Below, piece by piece: positions 56,636-64,000 of a DNA stretch of 64,000 bases. Within the stretch, counting starts at the first letter, position 1. Each line of letters starts with the position of its first letter. The DNA lies in contig JAUXNJ010000031.1 of assembly GCA_030682795.1 (NCBI GenBank), positions 49,772 to 113,771 on the forward strand. The letters are read 5' to 3'. A model generated the notes under the pieces. That model was given only the letters and a program-made list of their open reading frames with translations. It made no database searches and was not told the DNA's origin. This DNA is from Sphingobacteriaceae bacterium (GTDB lineage: Bacteria > Bacteroidota > Bacteroidia > UBA7662). Both the position numbers and the translations under genes were made by a program.

Positions 56636-57519
56636 GTCAGTTCGCTAGCCACGGAGAGCAACTCTCTAAAATCTTTTAATAAACGAATGTTTTGAGGAAT
56701 CACCAGAGCACTATCGGATAACAACAAACTTCCGGACGCCAGAACGGTGGTATTTGGGAAGTCGGCATACATATCGTTGAGATATTTTTGCGCTGGTACA
56801 TTTACCATCGGTGAAGTTAGAATCGTTAACATCACATCCGGCTTATAAACCTTGTGCACCACTTTTAAATCAATGTAAGGCACATTTGCTCCAATATAAA
56901 TTACATGATGGCCACGGGCTCTAATAACATAATTGGCAAATAACAAGCCCAGCTCATGAAACTCCCCTTCTGGTAAAAAAAGCATGTATTTTTTACTCCA
57001 GCCATCAGATCGCACCTTCTGCCCATCTATGGCTACGATGAGCTTCTGACGAATGATGTTCGTGATAAAATGTTCATGGGCGGGATTAATGCTCCCAGTT
57101 TGCCACATGATGCCAATGTTTTTGAAGAACGGAAAAATCACTTGCATCATGGTTTTTTCAATGCCCATTTGCAAAAATGCCGTACTTAACAAACGTTCGA
57201 AACCCCGCTCGTCTAACTCCAACATGCTCAATGTGAGCGCCTGCATTTGGTTTTCAAAATCTGATTTCTCCCCGCTCACTACCAATACCTGCTCTCGCAA
57301 TTCTTGTTCCGACAAAGAAGCAATTTCCGAAATTTTATATCCGTTTCGATTTAAAAGTGCCACGTTCAGCAGCTTTCTTAGATCTTTTTCGTCGTAATAA
57401 CGAATATTGGTTTCCGTTCGTTTTGGAGCAATCATCGCATATCGTTGCTCCCAAATGCGCAAAGTATGCGCCTTTACACCAGTGAGCGCTTCGATTTCTT
57501 TGATGGAAAAGTAATTCAC
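56632..57519 (-). CDS. MerR-family cobalamin-binding regulator (CarH/LitR-like)
   Basis: MerR HTH (HTLRIWEQRY..P.RT...RYY); W-x9-EH (WQTGSINPAHEH) and ExHxxG (EFHELG); GTG start; overlaps crtZ. Confidence 0.9.
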   Translation of the reverse strand: MNYFSIKEIEALTGVKAHTLRIWEQRYAMIAPKRTETNIRYYDEKDLRKLLNVALLNRNGYKISEIASLSEQELREQVLVVSGEKSDFENQMQALTLSMLELDERGFERLLSTAFLQMGIEKTMMQVIFPFFKNIGIMWQTGSINPAHEHFITNIIRQKLIVAIDGQKVRSDGWSKKYMLFLPEGEFHELGLLFANYVIRARGHHVIYIGANVPYIDLKVVHKVYKPDVMLTILTSPMVNVPAQKYLNDMYADFPNTTVLASGSLLLSDSALVIPQNIRLLKDFRELLSVASELT

Positions 57520-57709
57520 GTTAAAAGATTGATTTAGGATACTACCAGCAACATGGCTGGGCTCTCGAGCAACTTATGAGTAACACCACTATCTGTAAAT
57601 TTGTTTTGCCTCTGCCTTTCAAATTAAAGGCAAAAGCTTTAGATAAGCAAGAATAGCCGCTTTCCAGCCACTCCATATGACCTCTGCTTAAATATGAACA
57701 TCCATCCCG

Positions 57710-58129
57710 CTAAACCACCACCATGGTAGCCGTAGCTTTGGCAATCAAAGTGCTCTTCCCAGTTTGAAGCACATAGATCTCACTTTCACAGTAATGCAAG
57801 CGACTTCCTGCCTTTACTACCCGTCCAATGGCCCGCAAACGCTCCCCCTGGCCGGGATAATAATACATGATCTGTAAATTCGAAGTCACCACGTTGTTGT
57901 CAAGAGGACTCTTGGTATAGGCCGCAAATCCTGCCACAATATCGGCCACCGTGGCTGTAACCCCACCATGTACATACCCCATTTGTTGCTTGGTAAAAGC
58001 AACAAGATCCATTTCTCCTTCCACATACCCCTCCTCAATCACAGTGATCTCAAAACCAATGTGATGCATAAAAAACTGGCCCTTCAATTTTTCTATAATG
58101 CGTGCCCTTTGAGCGTTTAATTGTTCCAT
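57710..58129 (-). CDS. PaaI-family thioesterase
   Basis: QQMGYVHGGVTATVAD hot-dog motif. Confidence 0.9.
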   Translation of the reverse strand: MEQLNAQRARIIEKLKGQFFMHHIGFEITVIEEGYVEGEMDLVAFTKQQMGYVHGGVTATVADIVAGFAAYTKSPLDNNVVTSNLQIMYYYPGQGERLRAIGRVVKAGSRLHYCESEIYVLQTGKSTLIAKATATMVVV

Positions 58130-58242
58130 TCTGCAAAACAAACCAAAAAGGTTTACAAAAAGGAAACATAAAAGCAGGGGGAACCGCTGTGTGAATTACA
58201 TAAAAAGTACTAATATTGCAGGCAGCAGAACGTTACAGCTAC

Positions 58243-58779
58243 ATGAAAACACTCAACATCCTCAAAATCGCACTTTTTCTGGTAATCATGGTACTCGCCT
58301 ATTTCTTGGTTGAAACCATTGCCGAGCCCATCCGATTTGAAAAAGAAAAAGCTGTGCGCTACGCACAGGTAATTGAGCGCCTCAAGATGATCAGAACAGC
58401 AGAAGTGGCCCATCGTGATGTGAAAGGCGCGTTTACAGCTGATTGGAATGAATTACTCGACTTTGTAAAAAATGGAGAAATGCGGGTTATTAAGGTAATT
58501 GGTAATCCCGACGATTCCCTCGACATCATTGCAGGTATAACCTACGACACTTTAATGGTGAGTGTTGCAGACTCTTTCTTCAGAAATTATCCGATTGATT
58601 CTTTGCCGTATATCCCCTTCACCAAGGGCAAGCAGTTTAGTCTGCAAGCCGGACAAATCACCAAAGGAAATATCAAAGTCAATGTATTCCTCGCTGAAGA
58701 CACTGCCCCTTTTGATCCGCGCAAAGTACTCCGCGTAGGTTCTATGGAAGACGCTAATTTGTCAGGTAACTGGGAATAA
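58243..58779 (+). CDS. Conserved Bacteroidota membrane-anchored hypothetical protein
   Basis: N-terminal TM; PIRFEKEK..RY..VIERL..IR; C-terminal VGSM....SGNWE. Confidence 0.75.
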   Translation: MKTLNILKIALFLVIMVLAYFLVETIAEPIRFEKEKAVRYAQVIERLKMIRTAEVAHRDVKGAFTADWNELLDFVKNGEMRVIKVIGNPDDSLDIIAGITYDTLMVSVADSFFRNYPIDSLPYIPFTKGKQFSLQAGQITKGNIKVNVFLAEDTAPFDPRKVLRVGSMEDANLSGNWE

Positions 58780-58780
58780 T

Positions 58781-59620
58781 TTGAAACATATCGACATACA
58801 TACTGCTGCAGGCAAGAATAATCCACAGCAAGCAGATACACTGGCCATCGTTTTAACCAACGGTGGCTATTCTTTTTGCACCTCCAATGCCAAACCGCCT
58901 TTTCAAATCAGCAGATTGATAAGTCACCCTACCCCTGCACATTGGGAGCACTTGAGTCCTGTTGAACAATTTGATTGGCTTAAAATGCAACACAGCGAAC
59001 TGCAAGGTAAGTTTCGCCGCATCACCATTGCCTATGACAGTCCTCGTTGCACCCTTGTTCCTGCGGCCATATACAGGGATGGCACGGGTACCGACTATTT
59101 CGAGCTCGTATATGGTGGTGTTCAAAACGAGCAATTGCATCGCGACAGCTTGAATGCCTTAGAACTGGAGGTGATCAGTGCCTTCCCTATTGGTTGGCTT
59201 GGTGCAACAGCCGTTCAGTTTCATGAGCCCAGAGTCACTACTGTAGCTGCGAGCATGTGTCAGCGCCTTGCACGCCACAATAGCGCCAGCAAATCAAATC
59301 GGCTTTACCTGCATCTCCAAGCTAATAGTCTAAGCTGCTGGCAATACAGCGGCACTGGCTTACTGGCCCACAACCGCTTTTTCATTGCAACAACTGAAGA
59401 CATTTTGTATTATGCCCATTTGCTTGTAAAGCAAGATGCGCACGAACTCTATTATTTTGGCGACAGCGACCTTTGTCAAAAAGCACTGCCGCAGCTCCTC
59501 AGCTATTTTAACCAAGTAGAAGTATTGCCCAGCGAAAATCTCATTGCTTTCGATGCCCAGCTCACGACCCTTGATCCGGCCGATTTGCAGCTTTTGTATG
59601 CTTGCCTATGCGCATCATAA
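58781..59620 (+). CDS. DUF3822-like protein
   Basis: TLVP..IY, N.F...T.EDILYY; position directly upstream of rsmD. Confidence 0.7.
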   Translation: MKHIDIHTAAGKNNPQQADTLAIVLTNGGYSFCTSNAKPPFQISRLISHPTPAHWEHLSPVEQFDWLKMQHSELQGKFRRITIAYDSPRCTLVPAAIYRDGTGTDYFELVYGGVQNEQLHRDSLNALELEVISAFPIGWLGATAVQFHEPRVTTVAASMCQRLARHNSASKSNRLYLHLQANSLSCWQYSGTGLLAHNRFFIATTEDILYYAHLLVKQDAHELYYFGDSDLCQKALPQLLSYFNQVEVLPSENLIAFDAQLTTLDPADLQLLYACLCAS

Positions 59621-60147
59621 GCGGAAAGCATAAAGGAAGGCAATTACAGGCCCCTACCAAATTACCAGTGCGGCCCACCACCGATCGTGCCAAGGAGGCG
59701 CTTTTCAACTGGCTGCAGCACCGTTATGATTTAGGAGAAGTAAGGGCGCTGGATTTATTTACTGGCACCGGCAACATAAGCTATGAATTAGGTTCACGCG
59801 GTTGCAAGCAAATTACGGCGGTAGACCAGCACCCTGGCTGTTGTCGTTATGTAAAGGCCACAGCTGAGCTCCTGCAGCTTCCCATTGAAGTGGTACAAGC
59901 CGATGTATTTAGCTACTTCAAGCGTGCCGTGGCTGCCGACCTGGTATTTGCCGACCCGCCTTACGACCATCCCGAGCTCAAAACCCTGCCCGATTTGATT
60001 CTCCACCAACAACTTGTGCTTCCCGACGGCGTGCTGATCCTCGAACATCCTGCCCACATCCAATTTGAACAGCATCAGCAATTGCTTGAAATAAGAACGT
60101 ACGGTCAATCAGTTTTTAGTATTTTTGAACCGATACCCCGCCCATGA
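59608..60147 (+). CDS. rsmD: 16S rRNA m2G966 methyltransferase
   Basis: MRIISGKHKGR, RPTTDRAKEALFN, LDLFTGTG, FADPPY. Confidence 0.93.
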   Translation: MRIISGKHKGRQLQAPTKLPVRPTTDRAKEALFNWLQHRYDLGEVRALDLFTGTGNISYELGSRGCKQITAVDQHPGCCRYVKATAELLQLPIEVVQADVFSYFKRAVAADLVFADPPYDHPELKTLPDLILHQQLVLPDGVLILEHPAHIQFEQHQQLLEIRTYGQSVFSIFEPIPRP

Positions 60148-60623
60148 AACGCATTGCACTCTTCCCCGGCTCCTTCGACCCCATTACCAATGGGCATGTC
60201 GACATCATCCGCAGGGCCCTGCCTATTTTCGATGAAGTTGTGGTGGGTATCGGCCAAAACAGCGCTAAAACCTATCTGTTCGACCTCGAGCAGCGTAAAA
60301 AATGGTTAGAAGAAGTGTTTCAAAACGATCCACAAATAAGCGTACAGGTTTACGAAACCCTCACGGTAGATTTTTGCTTGAAAATAGGAGCCAATTACAT
60401 CATTAGAGGCTTGCGATCGGCGCCTGACTTCGAATACGAAAAAAATATCGCGCAGTTTAACAAAGCTTTACACGGAGTAGACACCCTTTTCTTCATCACC
60501 GAACCCAGTCTCTCCCCCATCAGCAGCACCATCATCCGCGACATCATTCGCAACAATGGTGATCCAAGCCCCTTCCTTCCGAAAGAAATTAAAATAGGCG
60601 GAAACGGGATAAAAAAACGTTAA
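60144..60623 (+). CDS. coaD: Phosphopantetheine adenylyltransferase
   Basis: FPGSFDPITNGH, IRGLR..DFEYE, ISSTIIR. Confidence 0.96.
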   Translation: MKRIALFPGSFDPITNGHVDIIRRALPIFDEVVVGIGQNSAKTYLFDLEQRKKWLEEVFQNDPQISVQVYETLTVDFCLKIGANYIIRGLRSAPDFEYEKNIAQFNKALHGVDTLFFITEPSLSPISSTIIRDIIRNNGDPSPFLPKEIKIGGNGIKKR

Positions 60624-60631
60624 GGCCTCCC

Positions 60632-61249
60632 TTACGACTGTGGTTCCACCTGATTTTGAAGCAAATCGGCAATCGACAAATACGTATTGCTGTATACTGT
60701 TTGGGGCCAGTCGACCGGTGACAACCAACACACCTCGGTAATACCTTCCTCCTGTTGCGGCACCAAAGCCCCTTCAAAGGCTGTTGTCATTTCATACCAA
60801 TACGTTCGTTTGATGACCATTTCCTGCTTAAAGCGATAGGTGTGATAGGTGTGGCCAATGAACCGTCCCAATTGCAGTTCCCCTACACCGCACTCCTCTT
60901 CCACCTCCCGCATGGCAGCCAGGTCGGGAGCTTCCCCTACTTCAATTTTGCCTTTGGGTAAATCCCATTTGTTGTGTCTAAAAATAAACAGCGCTTTTTT
61001 ATCTTTCCACACCACCCCTCCAGCAGCATCAATCATGGGCAATTTAGCTACTAATTCTGCAAAGACTTGTTCGGGTCGGTAGCTGTAAACCAGCACTTCC
61101 TGCAATTGAGCATCACTTTCGAGCCGTGTTAACCAAACCAGCAACTCCGCTGCACTTTTATGATGTAGCACAATGCGCCCTTTTTTAGGTGCTGATTTTT
61201 GCGGTTTCGTGAACCGCAGCGGCTTTTCGTTGATGAAGATTTGGTACAT
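60632..61249 (-). CDS. NUDIX hydrolase
   Basis: WDLPKGKIEVGEAPDLAAMREVEEECGV Nudix box. Confidence 0.92.
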   Translation of the reverse strand: MYQIFINEKPLRFTKPQKSAPKKGRIVLHHKSAAELLVWLTRLESDAQLQEVLVYSYRPEQVFAELVAKLPMIDAAGGVVWKDKKALFIFRHNKWDLPKGKIEVGEAPDLAAMREVEEECGVGELQLGRFIGHTYHTYRFKQEMVIKRTYWYEMTTAFEGALVPQQEEGITEVCWLSPVDWPQTVYSNTYLSIADLLQNQVEPQS

Positions 61250-61256
61250 TTGTGGT

Positions 61257-61898
61257 GTGAAGAAGACGGACGAGACCTCGCTGCAAGTTGCAAAACTTTT
61301 GCTGGAAATTAAAGCTGTAAAATTATCTCCCGACCAACCCTTTCGTTGGGCCTCGGGCTGGAATTCGCCAATTTATTGCGACAACCGCATAACGCTGAGT
61401 TATCCCAAAGCACGCACCTACATTCGCCAACAATTAGCTAACCTCATTAGCAGTCGTTTGGGGCAGGTCGACATTATTGCTGGGGTAGCCACAGCCGGCA
61501 TCCCACAAGGTGCTTTAGTGGCAGAAGCCCTTGGTCTTCCCTTTATTTACGTGCGTTCAAGCGCAAAAGAACACGGCATGGGCAACCAAATCGAAGGATT
61601 AGTAGTGCCAAATGCCCGGGTGGTTTTGATTGAAGACCTTATCTCAACTGGCGGAAGCAGCCTCAAGGCCGCACAAGCGGTGCGTGATGCAGGTATGCAA
61701 GTAACGGCCATTGTGAGCGTGTTTACCTATGGCTTCCCGCAAGCCGATGAGAATTTTAAAGTTGCTAAGGTCGAAGGACATAGCCTGACCGACTACGCCA
61801 CGCTCTTACAAGTAGCCCAAGAAAACCATTACATCGAAAGCAGTGCACTTGATAAATTAAATGCCTGGCGCGAGTCGCCTGAGCAATGGCAAGCTTAA
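61257..61898 (+). CDS. pyrE: Orotate phosphoribosyltransferase
   Basis: FRWASGWNSPIYCDNR, VVLIEDLISTGGSS PRPP motif; GTG at 61257 avoids overlap with the NUDIX gene. Confidence 0.95.
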   Translation: MKKTDETSLQVAKLLLEIKAVKLSPDQPFRWASGWNSPIYCDNRITLSYPKARTYIRQQLANLISSRLGQVDIIAGVATAGIPQGALVAEALGLPFIYVRSSAKEHGMGNQIEGLVVPNARVVLIEDLISTGGSSLKAAQAVRDAGMQVTAIVSVFTYGFPQADENFKVAKVEGHSLTDYATLLQVAQENHYIESSALDKLNAWRESPEQWQA

Positions 61899-61915
61899 AG
61901 CCTTATCTTGCTGCC

Positions 61916-62428
61916 ATGCACAGGTTTTGGTTTCTACTAGGGGGATGTATGCTCGGTATGATGCTGGCTTCAGCTCCACTCAATTCGCATCCCTACTACG
62001 TAAGTGTTACTGAACTGCATTTTTTTGAAAAACGAGCAGAGCTTTCGGTAAAAATATTCACCGACGATTTTGAAAAAGCACTGAACTCCTTGCCTGGAGG
62101 CAGTAAAGCAGACCTCATCCGCAGGCTACCAGCCGGACGCATCGATAGTCTGGTGGCCTATTACATCCGTCAGCAGGTAAAAATACAACTCAACGAACAG
62201 CCGCTGGCTTTCACTTACTTGGGTTACGAAATTCAAGAAGACGCTACCTGGGCACATTTCGAGGCCACTTTTGAGGTTAAGCCCAAGCGCGTTCGAATCG
62301 AAAACACTTTGTTGTTCGACTATTTCCCCTATCAGCAAAACATCGTGCATTTGGCGCAGGGCGATTACAAGCGCTCACGTAGGTTGAGCAGCGGCAATGC
62401 CATCATGGAGTCGAATGAATTAAGATAG
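61916..62428 (+). CDS. DUF6702-like exported protein
   Basis: Signal peptide then HPYYVSVTE, KIFTDDFEKAL, QQNIVH. Confidence 0.75.
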   Translation: MHRFWFLLGGCMLGMMLASAPLNSHPYYVSVTELHFFEKRAELSVKIFTDDFEKALNSLPGGSKADLIRRLPAGRIDSLVAYYIRQQVKIQLNEQPLAFTYLGYEIQEDATWAHFEATFEVKPKRVRIENTLLFDYFPYQQNIVHLAQGDYKRSRRLSSGNAIMESNELR

Positions 62429-62430
62429 CA

Positions 62431-63846
62431 TTATTTGCCGCGACCTTCGATCAAGGTGAGTACGGTATAAATCATGATTTTAAAATCAACCAGCAGCGAC
62501 ATATTTTCGATGTATAAAATGTCGAATTTGAGTCGCTCTACCATCTGCTCAATGTTTTCTGCATAACCGTATTTCACCTGTCCCCAACTGGTAATGCCCG
62601 GCTTCACTTTTAATAAATGCTTGTAGTGCGGGGCTACTGCCATAATTTGATCGATGAAATACTGCCGCTCGGGCCGCGGACCCACAATCGACATCTCTCC
62701 TTTGAGCACGTTTAAAAACTGCGGTAGCTCGTCGAGCCGCCATTTGCGCATAATAGCACCCCAGCGGGTAATGCGGGGGTCGTTATCGCTCGACAAAGCC
62801 GGACCTGCTGCTTCCGCATCCACATACATCGATCTAAATTTATAGATGTTAAAGGGCTTTCCTTTTTGACCTACCCGCTCTTGCTGGTAAATGATGGGGC
62901 CTTTAGAGCTCATCCGCACCCGAATGGCGCAATAGAGCATCACAGGAGCTAGCAGTATTAATGCGAGAGCTGCGAGACCGCGATCCAGTAGTTTTTTGAT
63001 GGTTTTTTGCCAAGCTGGCATCATTTCGGGGTAAATTTCAATCAAAATCGCCCCAAAAATCTCTTCCATCTTTACATGCCCCAGCATGATGTCGTACATA
63101 TCGGGAATGATTTTAATGATCACACCCTCGTCCTTCACCGTATTGAGCACCAAATTAAATTTGCGGTGCTCGTCCTCCTCCAAGGCAATGATTACCTCTT
63201 CGATGCGGTGTTCTCGAATGAGGACTGGCAGCTGCTCCAGGCTTCCCAATTCTGGCATGTACCGCAGCAGGTGTTTTCCATTGCCGGGTTTCAAACGTAC
63301 AAAGCCAAGGAATTTATTACCAAGCGGTTTGCGCCGGCCATTGATTTCGCTCAACAGCTCCACGGCCCGCTGGTTATCTCCTATGATCAGGGTATTAAAA
63401 CGAATGTCGCCTGCCTGAAACCGATTTGAAATGGAAGTAAGTTGCAGCAAACGCAGCACAAAGGTAAAACCAAAATGCAGCAAAAAAACAGTTGATAAAC
63501 TCTTGTAATAATTGCGGTAGGTAAGTACCGTATCATCGATAATGACGGCAAAAAACAAAATCACCACCCCAATGGCAGTAGCTAAGAAGGTGCGTCCTAG
63601 TTCATTCAATCGCGACTTCCGATAAACATCACTGTAGGTACCCATGAGGGCATACAAGGCTATCCAGCCAAATGGCAACAGCAGCAGCCCTTTGATCAGG
63701 TTATCATCGAGGTCAGCCATTCCTTGATTGCCAAAAAAGGCCTCCTCAATGTATAATTTTCGGTAATAAAAAAACAGAAACCAAGCTAAAACCGCCGCGA
63801 GCCAATCAAAGCCCACATACAGCATGGTATCAAGTCTTTTACGCAT
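62431..63846 (-). CDS. Polyprenyl-phosphate glycosylphosphotransferase (priming sugar transferase, WcaJ/WbaP-like)
   Basis: N-terminal TMs; YKFRSM, DPRIT, LDELPQFLNVLKGEMSIVGPRPE, KPGITSWGQV. Confidence 0.93.
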   Translation of the reverse strand: MRKRLDTMLYVGFDWLAAVLAWFLFFYYRKLYIEEAFFGNQGMADLDDNLIKGLLLLPFGWIALYALMGTYSDVYRKSRLNELGRTFLATAIGVVILFFAVIIDDTVLTYRNYYKSLSTVFLLHFGFTFVLRLLQLTSISNRFQAGDIRFNTLIIGDNQRAVELLSEINGRRKPLGNKFLGFVRLKPGNGKHLLRYMPELGSLEQLPVLIREHRIEEVIIALEEDEHRKFNLVLNTVKDEGVIIKIIPDMYDIMLGHVKMEEIFGAILIEIYPEMMPAWQKTIKKLLDRGLAALALILLAPVMLYCAIRVRMSSKGPIIYQQERVGQKGKPFNIYKFRSMYVDAEAAGPALSSDNDPRITRWGAIMRKWRLDELPQFLNVLKGEMSIVGPRPERQYFIDQIMAVAPHYKHLLKVKPGITSWGQVKYGYAENIEQMVERLKFDILYIENMSLLVDFKIMIYTVLTLIEGRGK

Positions 63847-64000
63847 TACCATATCAACTTAAGGTTGTCGATAAATACCTCGCCCGGTTGGTTGCCCCCC
63901 AAGGCATGTCGAGCTTCAAAAATAATGCGATACCGCACGCCACTGCGTCCCTGAATGTAAGGCGTAAAATTCATGTATTGCTTTCGCCATTCTCCATTAC
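63846..64000 (-). CDS. 3' end of a hypothetical protein (partial, continues beyond the window)
   Basis: Open frame ...NGEWRKQYMNFTPYIQGRSGVRYRIIFEARHALGGNQPGEVFIDNLKLIW* with TAATG overlap into the sugar transferase. Confidence 0.7.
   Translation of the reverse strand, partial: NGEWRKQYMNFTPYIQGRSGVRYRIIFEARHALGGNQPGEVFIDNLKLIW

Noticed and set aside
57585-57610. Tandem 11-bp CarH operator repeats (nAnnTnnACAn) upstream of the regulator
   Set aside because: Only a single match (CAAATTTACAG on minus); the adjacent 11-mers do not fit.
1-64000. CRISPR arrays, tRNA/rRNA, IS elements, prophage, retron/DGR or defence islands
   Set aside because: By eye I found no periodic repeat-spacer pattern, tRNA motifs, transposase, integrase, reverse transcriptase or phage genes; short or degenerate elements could have been missed.

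Overview
Chromosomal window of a Bacteroidota bacterium. Evidence: gldKLMN/porP T9SS-gliding motor, T9SS C-terminal sorting domains, TonB receptor plus DUF4249 lipoprotein, and recurrent TAnnTTTG (-7) promoters. Most of it is housekeeping: kynurenine-pathway genes (kynU, kmo, kynB-like cyclase), hemW, hemD, an AddA/UvrD helicase-nuclease, purN, pstSCAB, crtZ with a B12-dependent CarH/LitR-type regulator, rsmD-coaD, pyrE and an EPS priming glycosyltransferase. There are two detox modules: acr3 with a palindromic operator, and a fluoride riboswitch with a CLC-F exporter. I saw no tRNA, rRNA, CRISPR, transposase or prophage. Most notable observations: (i) an array of giant paralogous T9SS cargo genes with a frameshifted orphan T9SS C-terminal-domain relic between two terminators, and a candidate structured 5' leader RNA upstream; (ii) many genes with the -7 promoter box only 3-4 nt from the start codon, suggesting frequent leaderless mRNAs; (iii) an AAA+ ATPase/VWA gene pair bracketing the T9SS motor cluster; (iv) an apparently non-catalytic T9SS protein combining CBM-like, OB-fold-like and SusE-like modules; (v) a low-GC methyltransferase among the kynurenine genes; (vi) an unannotated 56-aa glycine-zipper ORF. 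All family assignments come from motifs recognised by eye, not from database searches. No clearly new system is proven; the candidates are listed with tests.
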